From IMG/VR virus record IMGVR_UViG_3300033143_005785, positions 1-37,826 of that record: a stretch of 37,826 nt of DNA. One strand, given 5' to 3'. The notes beneath the pieces were generated by a model. That model did no database searches. It had not been told where the DNA came from and was given only the letters and a program-made list of their open reading frames with translations. Position numbers and translations under genes: made by a program. The stretch is from a virus. Its lineage: Duplodnaviria; Caudoviricetes. This document shows, in pieces, positions 6,776-17,692 of this stretch; position 1 is the first letter of the stretch, and each line of letters opens with the position of its first letter.

Positions 6776-7048
6776 TTACCTTTTTTCAAGATTTTTTATC
6801 TGCTCCTCAATCCGAGATAATGTTTGTAGCATTTTAATTTGATTTTTCTGCATAATTAAAAATATGTTTTTTTTAACAAACTCCTGCTCTATTGTCAACT
6901 CTAACTTATTAATTCCGTTTTTTGCGTTAGTATTGACCTCGCTTAGCTCTACCTTTGTTGCAAATACATAGGCAGCCAAAAAACCCACAATAAGAAGTAT
7001 TATCGGGACTGCCCCAAAAGCAATTTTTGCTTGCTTATTCACTACCAT
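6776..7048 (-). CDS. Single-TM coiled-coil protein, holin or i-spanin candidate
   Basis: N-terminal TM (IAFGAVPIILLIVGFLAAYVFA), C-terminal heptad-like helix (LSRIEEQIKNLEKR), lysis-cassette position. Confidence 0.55.
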   Translation of the reverse strand: MVVNKQAKIAFGAVPIILLIVGFLAAYVFATKVELSEVNTNAKNGINKLELTIEQEFVKKNIFLIMQKNQIKMLQTLSRIEEQIKNLEKR

Positions 7049-7060
7049 AAATATCCTCCT

Positions 7061-7768
7061 TTACTTGATTTCAGGCAACACATCTTCAGATTGTAAAATA
7101 GCCAATTCCGTTTGTAAGTCAGCTATCGCCGCTTTCTTTTTACTTATTAACTTTTGCTTTCCTTTTGCGAGAAACACCTCCACGATATTTAATTTTTCCT
7201 CATTAGTAAAATCGGCCGCCGTTGGTTCAAAATCTGACAAATTCTTATTTTTTATAGCATACAACATCTCTCGTACTAAACGTTCATTATCTTCTCGATG
7301 TTCAAAATACATATTATATAAAACTATGCACAGCCGCATTTTCTGGTCTGATGATAGAGATAAGACAGAAATATCATTTAAGCATTCAAAATAATACTCA
7401 GGGTCAATTCCTATCATTTTCTTTATTATTCCCATTTCCCTCGTCATAGGGCGTGTGAGATAACTGCAAGTTTTAATCTTATAATCAAGTTCCTGCAATG
7501 GCTCATCCGTTGTATCTCTTATTATTATTTCATAAGTCGTATCTTCTATTAAGCCTTCTAATAAAATACTATGCGAAGTTGTTGGAGTTGTTTCCTCAGC
7601 AATAAGTTCTGCGTCAAGAACTATAATCGCCCCACAGACCTCTTGCTTTGTTTGCCATTCTATTAAAACACTGTTTAAGTCAGATGTGGCTTTTATCCCG
7701 AATATCTCAAGTCCAAAAGCACTTCCCGCCAAAACCAAAAACATTGCAATCCCTATTAATCTTTTCAT
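7061..7768 (-). CDS. Secreted FN3-like domain protein with C-terminal coiled coil (fibre-associated)
   Basis: Signal peptide MKRLIGIAMFLVLAGSAFG. FN3 pattern SVLIEWQT...HSILLEGLIEDTTYEIIIR. Follows the tail fibre gene. Confidence 0.6.
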   Translation of the reverse strand: MKRLIGIAMFLVLAGSAFGLEIFGIKATSDLNSVLIEWQTKQEVCGAIIVLDAELIAEETTPTTSHSILLEGLIEDTTYEIIIRDTTDEPLQELDYKIKTCSYLTRPMTREMGIIKKMIGIDPEYYFECLNDISVLSLSSDQKMRLCIVLYNMYFEHREDNERLVREMLYAIKNKNLSDFEPTAADFTNEEKLNIVEVFLAKGKQKLISKKKAAIADLQTELAILQSEDVLPEIK

Positions 7769-7796
7769 ATTACGTGCCTCCGTATTTTATTTTTCC

Positions 7797-10700
7797 TTAA
7801 TGAAATGCCGCCCAAGTCGCCGCCCCTGCTGCCCCCGTTGCCGTGCAACCGTAAAATTTACTATCTTGTAAACTAAAAACTATTTCTCCTTTAGTGCCTG
7901 CTATGTCATTATCCATGCTAATCACGTATGTTACTTGACGTGGGAAAAATGCACCTACACAAGTTATATCACCATCTTGGTCAATATCAAATATAGTTTG
8001 ATCATTATCATTATGTAATTTCAAGGAATAAACAGCAGAAGATTCAACATCATCAAATAATGTCATATCAACGTCAGAGTTATCATTACCTCGAAAATCT
8101 AAATCCGACGAATCTGTTGTCGCTGAGTCAATTACGGCATTACCCATCACGGTCAATGGGTCATCAATTTTTACAACACTGCCTCCAAAATCAGCAATTA
8201 CAGAATCCGTACCGTTATGCCAAAGTTGAATATATTTGCCTACCGCAACTTGTCCATAATATATTTTTATCCAATTTTCTTGAGTATTACTATCTTGGTC
8301 ATACCACTTGAGAGCATTGCCCGTAGCGTATAACTCACCCATGCTGCTTCCCAATTTTATAATACTATGGCTATTTGAATTTACAAGGCATGACCCTGGA
8401 TTTCCGGGATTTATCATGTAATAACTACCAGCATTGTCATAAAAATATACATAACCAACACTACTATCTATCTTAATTGCGTTATATTGAGTTCCTCCAT
8501 CATTGCCCCTTATATAAATATCCTTATCCGTAGTTATATTATCGATATAGAGATTATCATTGCTATCGACATAAATTTCCCCATCGTCGCCTGTGCCAAG
8601 TAATATCTTTTTATCATCTTGTAAATCAATGTCTTCTGCAAATATCACATCACCACTATCATTCTTTATACGCATTGCCTCATACCAACTGCCATCATTA
8701 CGGAAAAATCTCATATCATGCGTTGGTGTAGCCTCTATATCAATTGCCCCTTTAACAATATGTTCATGTAAAAAATATAAAGATGGAATATTTTCATCTG
8801 CGGCATCAATTGCAATTTGCACTCCAGTACTTGCATCAACATGTAATTTTGCTGTTGGGGTTGTCCCTAAACCTATCCAACCATCTTTATTTATATATAC
8901 TCCCTTCGTAACATCACCATCTGCTTGACGAGCAGATATTAATAATCTATCCGCTGCGCTGTTATCACCGTAAATTATCCTTCCTGTACCAGAATTACCC
9001 TCTAAATTAAGTATCGCATCGCCAGCGGCATTAGCATTATTAACTTGTAAGCCAGCATTATAAGGCAACCACCAATAAGTTGACGTATCTAAATTATAAT
9101 TGGCTCGTACACCCGAAAAAGTTGGGCTTGTATCGGTAGAAATATCTTGCGTAAGCCATGCTGCCACTGTTGTATGGGCATCATCCCAGTTGCCGCTGTT
9201 TTCGACTGTCGCCTTATTTACCTCTCCATCAGCCCCGATTATCTCAATACTATTTACCGTTATTGGCGCCGTAATGGAAATTGCCCCATCATTTCCAAGT
9301 GTCGCATCGTCAAGCCATTCAATTAATTCCGTATATGGAGAAAGAGCAAGATGATAACGTTCATCAGCACTTCCACCTTGTAAACTCCCTAAATCGTTAT
9401 GATTAATCACCACTGATGGTATAAAAACAAAAGGAAAAGCGGACTCAATCTCAACAAAAGCATCTGTACCTTGTTTAATAATTATCTTTGCTACTAAAAT
9501 AGCGAAATCATCTAAAAAAGCTGGAGCATCTGGTGGTTGTGCTACTTGAGCTTCTGCTAATTTATAATCTCCTTGTCCCAATTGAACAAAAGCATGACTA
9601 TCGTGGTCAATATAAACCCAATGCACGCCATATCGATTAGGGGTTAATGTATCTGTAATTCCATCTCCATCGTCATAATGTGTTACATCTATTTGCGTTT
9701 TATCTGTTTCGGTTTTCCAACCGCTCGGACTATCTCGATAATATAATGTATAAGTGCCCGTACCCGAAGTATCTACAGCACTCAATTCTCGCCTATTCCA
9801 ACCTGCATAAACCACCCCAGCCGTTACGGAAAAATTCCTATTTCCTTCATCAGCAACAACAAGTCCAGATGCTCTCTCCCAAGCACGCAATTCTCTTGCC
9901 CGCTTATGCCCTCTTCTTGTAGCGTTATATATCCGTGTACCTGCCGAAACAGTGTGTACTGTCGTGCCATCCCGATACGCATTTCCGATAGGTATTTGAT
10001 TTGTGTAAGTTAATGAACCTACAGTTGCATGCACTGTACAGGGATTGCCATATTGCACATATATCTTATTCGTGCTTGCGTCAGTTAAGGCAACAGAAGT
10101 CGTTGTATCCCAATCGCCGAAAACTGTCTCCGCAAGTACCGAGTCACTTTTTTTAAATAACCCCGTACCAGCTGCGACATCAACTGTGCCACTACCCCCA
10201 TCGGTTATTGCACCACCTGAGATTAATCCTGCCGATTGTGTACTATTTAACCAATCTTGTATAGTCGTATAGGTCGCCCCGCTAACATACGTGGTCGGAA
10301 TGTCAGCCGCATTTATTTGCCCTGTCCCTATCCCCCAATCAGGGGCATCCTCATCAAGCGAATTATCCGCAACTTGCTCCCCATTAATATCGTCCCCGCT
10401 ATTCCATTGCGTAGTTCCTAAAGTTAAATTCCCACCAAAAACCGCATCGCCAGTTAAAGTAGTTATACCATCAACTCCCAACGTACCTGCAATCGCCATA
10501 TCATTAAAACTCGCATCGCCTGTGTCAAACATTACATAGGCTTCCCCTAAACTTGCAGTGCTATCTGCATCCCAAACAAAATATTGATGAGAGCCATCAC
10601 TTTGTATCCACGTATAACCTAATTTTGCGGCTGCTGAATAATAATCCTGCCATTTAATATAACCGCCCGCACTTGGGCCAATAGCGCCTTCTAATACTAA

Positions 10701-11114
10701 ACTTCCCGGTATTGCCCCGTTGTCATTTATAGTTACTCTCGGACGAAATGTCGGACTACCAGTCTGCGTTACATCTTGGTCAACATACGGGATGGATAAT
10801 ACACCTGAAGAGTTTATTGTCGCTTCCCCACTCATAGTTTTATTATCCCAACTATCCGAACCATCATAAATTAATAATTGCCCACTTACAGTTGGCGAAG
10901 TAATCGTTGCTGTGAACGGAGCAAGCTCAGCTAAGGTTTTCGAACCCGTTACTTGGTCAGTAAAATATAAATTTAATGTCGGACTCGTACCAGTTGTATC
11001 TATATTCACCGCTGTCGAATCTACGCAATATTTTGATTTTATTGCTGTTTGCAATCCGAAACCATAATTCACCATAACCATAAAAAGCAAAATTAAAAAC
11101 AAACCTTTTTTCAT
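7797..11114 (-). CDS. Long tail fibre / receptor-binding protein with N-terminal signal-peptide-like leader
   Basis: G/T/D/S-rich beta repeats and fibre motifs (GWIGLGTTPTAKLHV, DQDVTQTGSPTF, GQLLIYDGSDSWDNK). Last structural gene. Likely start ATG 11114 after SD AGGAGGAGG. Confidence 0.8.
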   Translation of the reverse strand: MKKGLFLILLFMVMVNYGFGLQTAIKSKYCVDSTAVNIDTTGTSPTLNLYFTDQVTGSKTLAELAPFTATITSPTVSGQLLIYDGSDSWDNKTMSGEATINSSGVLSIPYVDQDVTQTGSPTFRPRVTINDNGAIPGSLVLEGAIGPSAGGYIKWQDYYSAAAKLGYTWIQSDGSHQYFVWDADSTASLGEAYVMFDTGDASFNDMAIAGTLGVDGITTLTGDAVFGGNLTLGTTQWNSGDDINGEQVADNSLDEDAPDWGIGTGQINAADIPTTYVSGATYTTIQDWLNSTQSAGLISGGAITDGGSGTVDVAAGTGLFKKSDSVLAETVFGDWDTTTSVALTDASTNKIYVQYGNPCTVHATVGSLTYTNQIPIGNAYRDGTTVHTVSAGTRIYNATRRGHKRARELRAWERASGLVVADEGNRNFSVTAGVVYAGWNRRELSAVDTSGTGTYTLYYRDSPSGWKTETDKTQIDVTHYDDGDGITDTLTPNRYGVHWVYIDHDSHAFVQLGQGDYKLAEAQVAQPPDAPAFLDDFAILVAKIIIKQGTDAFVEIESAFPFVFIPSVVINHNDLGSLQGGSADERYHLALSPYTELIEWLDDATLGNDGAISITAPITVNSIEIIGADGEVNKATVENSGNWDDAHTTVAAWLTQDISTDTSPTFSGVRANYNLDTSTYWWLPYNAGLQVNNANAAGDAILNLEGNSGTGRIIYGDNSAADRLLISARQADGDVTKGVYINKDGWIGLGTTPTAKLHVDASTGVQIAIDAADENIPSLYFLHEHIVKGAIDIEATPTHDMRFFRNDGSWYEAMRIKNDSGDVIFAEDIDLQDDKKILLGTGDDGEIYVDSNDNLYIDNITTDKDIYIRGNDGGTQYNAIKIDSSVGYVYFYDNAGSYYMINPGNPGSCLVNSNSHSIIKLGSSMGELYATGNALKWYDQDSNTQENWIKIYYGQVAVGKYIQLWHNGTDSVIADFGGSVVKIDDPLTVMGNAVIDSATTDSSDLDFRGNDNSDVDMTLFDDVESSAVYSLKLHNDNDQTIFDIDQDGDITCVGAFFPRQVTYVISMDNDIAGTKGEIVFSLQDSKFYGCTATGAAGAATWAAFH

Positions 11115-11135
11115 TATAATCAAACCTCCTCCTTT

Positions 11136-13220
11136 TTATTCATTTTCAAATGCTGGATAATTATCAAAATCCATCATCGGAATAGTATCTAAGCCCGTTA
11201 CTGAATCCGAAAGGCTGAATTCCACTAATAATTTACCAACTTCTAAATCAAATTCAAAACTTTCATCGGTTTCAACATATTGTTTAAAAGTATATTCATC
11301 GGCCTGACCGGGGTTATGTACCCAATCTTCTATTTCAGCCCAATTTACATTTTCCCAGTCTGTCATTTTGGATGTCCCAACCCCTAAACCCGAATCATAA
11401 TAATTTTTATTATTATCAAGTAAATCTTGAATCGTATCTGCAATGTCAATTATTTGCCACGTTGCCGTTTCCGAAGTTCCGCTTGCTGTGATAGAGGACG
11501 AACTTTGCCCGCCAACGTTCCCCCAATCAACGTCCACGAAATAATCACAATGCAATGTGCCTGCATCGTTAGCGGCCGAAGTCGGCTTCGTTACTGGGTC
11601 AGGGTCTTCATCTTCAGCATTTGCATACCAAGCCCCCTTATACCTCGAATCCCCATCTTTTAAAGTATCGGCCGATACTTTAAAAAACACGTTCCCCGTT
11701 TGGCTATGCTGAGGCTCATCTGTATCTGGTTGTTCTGCACAACGTTTTCCACAATCGTCAGGAGCATAATCACAATTTGTAATTAAGCCGTCATCTGGGT
11801 CTCCCACTCCCCACCAAGTGGGATGCGCAGCGCAAGTATCAGATTTTTCAGTACCGTGAACAGTTGGCCGATACATATGATAATGCGCATATATCGGGCC
11901 GCCGTCTTCCTCTTCTACTAAAATATTTCCTTTATCTTGATATATTTTCCCACCAGTAATGTTTATTCCAGATATACAACCATAAGAAGATGTTTTCCCG
12001 CCAATGTCGTGTAAAACACACGGCGAGCCCAGATATGAATTTAAGCAATAATTTGTATTAACGTCTTTTTTCCGAACGTGAGCGATATATAAACTCCCCG
12101 CTCCACTATCGCCCACAGGCCAAGCTCGAATACGCAAATATGCGTGTGCTATCGTTGCCCCGAGAGGGATATTCATAAGAGCTCCACTAAAATGTAATAT
12201 CGGCATCTTTAAACCGAAACGACAAGTAGTCTCAAACCCAGCCGCATAATTCGCTGATATTGCATATCCATATTTCCCTTCAGGCAAGTTCCACCATTTT
12301 GTACCAAGAGCCATTGCTGGTAAATTTGCATACCCAATTCCTTCAGTATTCGGGTCCCACTCATCGTCCCAATCTTTTTCATTTCGCCAATTAACTATTC
12401 CCTTTGCAAGATTATAACTTTGCGAAATTCCAGCACCTGCGGTAACTTGCATTGTATTCATATTTTCAATACAAGTCCGCACTTCGCCTATATCTGAAGT
12501 TTGAATATAATTGACTAATTCGAACCCTGTATATTTAAATACATAACAATATCGTTGTGTCGTTGGTCGATTAGTGAAATGCGTTTCATTTAAAGTTATA
12601 ACCCCCGATACGCAATTTATGCTATATTCATCAGTCGGAATCGGAACGTGCTCGCCCAAATCCCCCCCTGTTGAATTTTGTCGTACATAATATAAAACAT
12701 TATTGCCCGCAGGGTCAACTTTCGCATTGCTATAAAATGTTACAGTCTTGCCATTAAGGTCGCCTGTTAGCCAAGCACTACTCATTAATGTGCCGTCGTG
12801 TTTATACACTTTGATATTGTCTTGCCCTGAACTCTTATAAGCTGCGGCAATTACAAATTCCTCGTCTCTTAAATTTTCATTAATTGTTTCATCGTCAGGG
12901 AATTTTATCGTATCATATTTTTGTACAAGATAATGAACTGACCCATTATAAACATCGTCATTCAGGTTGTCTTCATTAAATTCACTTCGATACCCGCCAA
13001 CGATATGCGAGGCAAAAGCCGAATCGGTTTGGAAATTAATAATTGCTGGCGAGCCCGGCGTAATATGCCAAACAGTCCCCTCTTTTATCAACCCTCGATT
13101 TTTATTATGGCCAATCGGGTCTGGAATTGTCAAAGTCGTGGTTAAAGGCGAAACCTTTTGCCAATACCATTCTAGCTCTTTTTTAAATAATTTTGTTTTA
13201 TTATGCTGCGTTTCAGACAT
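11136..13220 (-). CDS. Minor tail / tail-tip structural protein
   Basis: 694-aa acidic beta-rich protein in the tail module. IPLGATIAHAYLRI and WQIIDIADTIQ resemble DNRLRE-like carbohydrate-binding-type modules. Confidence 0.6.
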   Translation of the reverse strand: MSETQHNKTKLFKKELEWYWQKVSPLTTTLTIPDPIGHNKNRGLIKEGTVWHITPGSPAIINFQTDSAFASHIVGGYRSEFNEDNLNDDVYNGSVHYLVQKYDTIKFPDDETINENLRDEEFVIAAAYKSSGQDNIKVYKHDGTLMSSAWLTGDLNGKTVTFYSNAKVDPAGNNVLYYVRQNSTGGDLGEHVPIPTDEYSINCVSGVITLNETHFTNRPTTQRYCYVFKYTGFELVNYIQTSDIGEVRTCIENMNTMQVTAGAGISQSYNLAKGIVNWRNEKDWDDEWDPNTEGIGYANLPAMALGTKWWNLPEGKYGYAISANYAAGFETTCRFGLKMPILHFSGALMNIPLGATIAHAYLRIRAWPVGDSGAGSLYIAHVRKKDVNTNYCLNSYLGSPCVLHDIGGKTSSYGCISGINITGGKIYQDKGNILVEEEDGGPIYAHYHMYRPTVHGTEKSDTCAAHPTWWGVGDPDDGLITNCDYAPDDCGKRCAEQPDTDEPQHSQTGNVFFKVSADTLKDGDSRYKGAWYANAEDEDPDPVTKPTSAANDAGTLHCDYFVDVDWGNVGGQSSSSITASGTSETATWQIIDIADTIQDLLDNNKNYYDSGLGVGTSKMTDWENVNWAEIEDWVHNPGQADEYTFKQYVETDESFEFDLEVGKLLVEFSLSDSVTGLDTIPMMDFDNYPAFENE

Positions 13221-13229
13221 TTTTCACTT

Positions 13230-13311
13230 CCCCATAGCCTACTATTAAAAAATAATTTAAATCGCCCTATGGGATTTATATGCCCCTCTATCGTTTAAAT
13301 AAAACATTCTA
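13230..13311. repeat. Copy 2 of the intergenic repeat family
   Basis: CCTCTATCGTTTAAATAAAACATT here versus CCTCTATCATTTAAATAATACATT near 24223-24246. CCCCATAGCCTACTAT resembles the hairpin motif of the other copies. Confidence 0.65.
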
Positions 13312-15099
13312 TACATAATGACGCTCGTAACTTGAAATCGGATTTAAAAAATCACTCTCTTTTTCCGCTTTATGTTGCGTTGTCGAAGTTGCTCCGCCTG
13401 TATCAATCGAACTAATTGCCACCCCATATCGGCGGTCGGGTCTGCTATTGCCTAAATGCGTCTTTAAAAATCCATCTTCAGCCGCATTGTCTGAGTCATT
13501 ACTTAATCTGTGCGCTTTTGTGTACCAGCCATTATCAGTTGCCCCGCCACTATGTGCTTGATGTCCTGTTGAACCCGTATATGTGTGTAATATGTATCTG
13601 CGAGAATCTAAATTACTATTATTATCTGGATATGTCCCAAGCAAGTCGGCAATAGATACACCAGAACGCCGAATTACTTCATAATAGGCAAAGCCAACAA
13701 CTAATTGTCGCATAACACAATACTCGCCCTCAAGCATATTGGCATACCAATTAATATCCCCGACATCACTTATAGCTTGCTTTTCATATCCTGCACAAGT
13801 ACCTCCATTACCGCCGCAACCCTTTACCTGTGCTTGACCATCACCAAGCCCACGATAACCGCCAACCTCATTTCGATAAGAGGCATAAATGTTTCGCTGG
13901 TCAACAGGAACTTGGTTTGAACTATCTGTATATGTGCATTCCCGACAATGAGAATAATCAAAATCATCTTTATAAACTCTATCATCTTCCCCTGTGCCTG
14001 TATATTGTACATTATAGCTTGTATATTTATCATGTTTACAAATCGCTGCTAAATAATCATCTGTTAATAAGTCAGGATATTGACGCTTCCAAATTAAATG
14101 TTGAATTTCGGGATAATAAGGAAACTCATCTAAAAACCTAATCATGTGAAACGTCATATTATCCTCTTCACCAAATATTGCTTCCTCACTCGGCAATCCG
14201 CCAATGACCGAAAGTGTATTGTTTACATAATCAATGGCATTGCCAACCGTAAATTGCCGCCCATTTAATGGACTTGTAGCGTCAACAATTTTTAATAAAT
14301 CCCCAACTTGCACACGAATGTTAAGCCGATAAGTTATTGTCATTGTGGCGAAAAACGGATTAGTCGGCTCTGATGGGTCGCCTGTTGCCCCATAACATTC
14401 GGTCTCCTCGAAATCATCTATATCAGCAGATATATAACCACTCGTATCTTCAACCGACTCAACCAAAGTTATATACCATCCCTTACTTCTGCGGTTCGTA
14501 TTTATATAATCAACTAAATCACCAAGCGTTCTTCTAATCTCATCTGTCAAATCAAAATTATCCAACCATTTATTATCTCCATCCACGACCTCTAATGTTA
14601 ATGTATTCCCGCTTTTAGTAACTTTCGCACTTGTCGTCCCGCCTTCCTCAATATCATAATTAAATATCATAAAGACATTTACAAGCTGATTCTCTCCAGA
14701 TGACGAACCGCTTGAAGCGTGATAAGGTCGCTTCGATATGTTCGTGCTACTGTCAAAAGCTAAAACATTATTATCGACATCCGTATTGTCTTTATCCGCT
14801 AACAATGTAATGTAACCAGCGTTATAATATAGATAATTAGTATCTTTTTTTGAATTGGCTATTGAATGCCCCCGTGTAATATTTGAAATTAACTTAAGCA
14901 TAAACGCACATTCCCGCCACATTCTATCCATATTGGATTGAGATGTTTTTGTTGTCGGCGTACTTCCAAGTGGTTGTTGACGAATATTCCCCGCACATTC
15001 AACATTTTTAATATCTAAATGGCATTTACACGGATTAGAATTAAATTTCAAATCCCCTATTGTTATCGTTCCGTTTGTCCATATAAGATTGTGTGCCAT
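13309..15099 (-). CDS. Minor tail structural protein
   Basis: 596-aa ORF in the tail module. Contains a ~90-aa domain shared with the head-tail connector and a Cys-containing C-terminal half. Confidence 0.6.
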   Translation of the reverse strand: MAHNLIWTNGTITIGDLKFNSNPCKCHLDIKNVECAGNIRQQPLGSTPTTKTSQSNMDRMWRECAFMLKLISNITRGHSIANSKKDTNYLYYNAGYITLLADKDNTDVDNNVLAFDSSTNISKRPYHASSGSSSGENQLVNVFMIFNYDIEEGGTTSAKVTKSGNTLTLEVVDGDNKWLDNFDLTDEIRRTLGDLVDYINTNRRSKGWYITLVESVEDTSGYISADIDDFEETECYGATGDPSEPTNPFFATMTITYRLNIRVQVGDLLKIVDATSPLNGRQFTVGNAIDYVNNTLSVIGGLPSEEAIFGEEDNMTFHMIRFLDEFPYYPEIQHLIWKRQYPDLLTDDYLAAICKHDKYTSYNVQYTGTGEDDRVYKDDFDYSHCRECTYTDSSNQVPVDQRNIYASYRNEVGGYRGLGDGQAQVKGCGGNGGTCAGYEKQAISDVGDINWYANMLEGEYCVMRQLVVGFAYYEVIRRSGVSIADLLGTYPDNNSNLDSRRYILHTYTGSTGHQAHSGGATDNGWYTKAHRLSNDSDNAAEDGFLKTHLGNSRPDRRYGVAISSIDTGGATSTTQHKAEKESDFLNPISSYERHYV

Positions 15100-15100
15100 T

Positions 15101-15475
15101 TTACAAGTACCAAACCGAAACCACTAAATAAGAATAATCGGGGGCAATATTATTATTACCAATTAAATACGGTTGCTCAGGTGGATTTAAAATTAAAAAC
15201 GCTAAATCCCCAACTGCAAACTCCATATCAGGATGCAAATTTTGTACACCTTTGTAAATCAATCCCGTACGTTGATTAGTATTACCGCCTAAAATATGTA
15301 CATCAAAAATATACGATTCTCCGAATTGCATACTGCTAATAATTTCCACTCGATAAGTACCCGGAGATAACTCAGGTATAGATACATCTATCCGCTGTTG
15401 GGCAAGCGAACTTATCCTGTCAGCATTATCATTGCCTCTGTTAATTATTTTATTTAACGCTGTGATTTTTAACAT
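15101..15475 (-). CDS. Small tail-tip protein (possible OB-fold spike-like)
   Basis: Follows the hub gene; FAVGDLAFLI...PYLIG resembles the OB-fold of spike proteins. Confidence 0.5.
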   Translation of the reverse strand: MLKITALNKIINRGNDNADRISSLAQQRIDVSIPELSPGTYRVEIISSMQFGESYIFDVHILGGNTNQRTGLIYKGVQNLHPDMEFAVGDLAFLILNPPEQPYLIGNNNIAPDYSYLVVSVWYL

Positions 15476-17692
15476 TTATTTATTCGCAATCGATAAAGAT
15501 GTTGTTTTATTCACTAAATCATATCGAATTTCGATAATATTTAAATCTGTTAAATATTCATTTGCCTTAATTCTATCGCCGATGGAATAATGCAAATCCA
15601 TTGCTGGCAAATTCACTTCAAATCCATGTCGAAGTTCCTGCGTAAATGCTATTCGCTTCGTTGCCCATGCCTCCATAGCCGTATCATCATAAGTGTTTAC
15701 CACATCTTCCGTTGCTCGTTTTTCAGCTGAAAGTACATTATCTGTATACGAAATTATAAAATTCTCAAATTCCGTTGTCCATTTAAACTCATTACGCCGT
15801 ATTAGGAATTTCCTATCTTTATATGCCGTCCCTTCTTTATTCGAGTCATATTCTAAACGTTGTTCAGATTCATAAGCAAAGTTTAACCATATTTCCGATG
15901 GAAATTCTCGCTTAACTGTTTCATTCGTTACAATTTGCCATGAGGCAGAATAATTTGATAAATCGTCTGTGGTAGTTAAAAATAATTTTGTATCTGTATT
16001 ATATTTTATTCTAAATGCAGTTGCTTGTGTATTTTTACCTTCTTCATCATCTCCTATTGCAAATTGTGTACCCGTAATTAAAGACATGCCTGAATAAGCA
16101 TTTGGCGTCCAAGTTGCCCCAGATACTGTATAATTCCCATCTTCATCACCAACACCCCCAGTCCCTGATGTCTGTATTGGATTATCTTTATAAATTAAAA
16201 ATTCAGCCGAAGCATCTGTCAAAGCAGACACTCGTGAATTTGCCGTTACAGTTACAGTGGTAGGCGTATTGCCCGTAATTTTAAAAGCAACTTTTTTATT
16301 TGAAATCATTAGATAATAATCAATCAAATCTCCAGATTCATAAACATCTGATTCTATATCACCACTAAAATTATAAACCGTTGCACTTGAAACCGAACCA
16401 TTCTTGCCGCTATTTTCAATCATGCTAATATCTGACCGTAATAATGGCTTAATAAATACAAGCGTTTTATTGTTTTTTACAAAAAACCCCTCAAACATAT
16501 ATCGATAATTTTCATCACCGTCATATTTATATACTATAAAAGGCGGTGAATCTAAATCATTTTCACTTCTATCTTGAACGAAAAATTTCTGTACAACTTT
16601 CGACATGACTTTCGGATGCCGTGTCCGGCCATGAGTAACTGCATCTTCACCTTCCCCAATCACCCAAGTATCAATTATTTGAGGTATAGCATAATGCCGC
16701 CCAATAAGATTAACTTCAGGATCGTAATATGGATTTATACCTTTTGCTTCTTCGTTTATTATAAATTTTTTTGTGTCTTCGTCAAATATTTCGACTTTAG
16801 AGGCTTCTTTCTCTGAGTATCTTTTGTAATTATTTAATAAACGTTCTTGTTTAGTTGCATCCCAAACACCTGTCAATTCAACAGCAATTTCAACTATTCG
16901 CCGTGCCCCTTCCACGACAATGTGATTTTCAAGCGTAGATTGCCCACTTGTAATGTTTAATAAACCTACATTCGCTGCACCCGCAGGTTGATCTTTTATA
17001 CCTCTCGCAGGTGATTCTCCCCAAATAATCTGGCTTTCAGTTGCCAAATCCCAATCGCCGATTTGAAAAGCTGTTAATCGTGAATAGGTTGGAAAGTATA
17101 TCATTTTTAATTTCCAACGATTATTCCCCGCATCGTCAATTACTTGTTGCATACCAGCACCCAAAGGCACACCCCTCAATAACTGCTCTCCGACATAATT
17201 ATCAGGCATTAACGAAAAATCCATTCCCATAAGTGCTTCTACCTGTGATTCATGATGAGCCCAATGTATATTATAAGCATCGAATAATACATGCGTTTTA
17301 AGAGTCTTGGTTTCTATCACTTCTTGAGTCATATCGTCGGGCACATTATAATCTTTTGTAAAAAATGTATCGTTTAAAGTTGACCGCAAATCTAAACAAA
17401 CATATTCCACCCCACCTGTAATAGTGGCATTCCTCGAAGTAATTAAACCTCGAAAAAATGGATTAGGATAATTCTTTTTATCAAGATATATAACTACTTC
17501 ATCGCCATCACTCACAGGTGACTCATCTATAGTCGATTCAGGAAATAGTAAAGATGCTTGGCCGGCCAAAAATCCCGATGTTAATGTAAGTGTAATTACA
17601 CGACAATCTCGACGTCGAATGCCGTTAATAATAATCACTTCTTCTCGATATGGAATAACAGCTTTGGCCGTTATTGCCGATGTATATGGCAT
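15476..17692 (-). CDS. Tail tip / baseplate hub (Tal-like) protein
   Basis: GDEVVIY...PFFRGLI...YVCLD N-terminus, NHIVVEG, and C-terminal IGDRIK...IIEIRYDL..KTTSLSI; hub-like pattern and position. Confidence 0.65.
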   Translation of the reverse strand: MPYTSAITAKAVIPYREEVIIINGIRRRDCRVITLTLTSGFLAGQASLLFPESTIDESPVSDGDEVVIYLDKKNYPNPFFRGLITSRNATITGGVEYVCLDLRSTLNDTFFTKDYNVPDDMTQEVIETKTLKTHVLFDAYNIHWAHHESQVEALMGMDFSLMPDNYVGEQLLRGVPLGAGMQQVIDDAGNNRWKLKMIYFPTYSRLTAFQIGDWDLATESQIIWGESPARGIKDQPAGAANVGLLNITSGQSTLENHIVVEGARRIVEIAVELTGVWDATKQERLLNNYKRYSEKEASKVEIFDEDTKKFIINEEAKGINPYYDPEVNLIGRHYAIPQIIDTWVIGEGEDAVTHGRTRHPKVMSKVVQKFFVQDRSENDLDSPPFIVYKYDGDENYRYMFEGFFVKNNKTLVFIKPLLRSDISMIENSGKNGSVSSATVYNFSGDIESDVYESGDLIDYYLMISNKKVAFKITGNTPTTVTVTANSRVSALTDASAEFLIYKDNPIQTSGTGGVGDEDGNYTVSGATWTPNAYSGMSLITGTQFAIGDDEEGKNTQATAFRIKYNTDTKLFLTTTDDLSNYSASWQIVTNETVKREFPSEIWLNFAYESEQRLEYDSNKEGTAYKDRKFLIRRNEFKWTTEFENFIISYTDNVLSAEKRATEDVVNTYDDTAMEAWATKRIAFTQELRHGFEVNLPAMDLHYSIGDRIKANEYLTDLNIIEIRYDLVNKTTSLSIANK

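Noticed and set aside
7797-13220. Diversity-generating retroelement or invertible fibre cassette
   Set aside because: No reverse transcriptase, invertase, or near-identical template/variable repeat pair was seen in the window.
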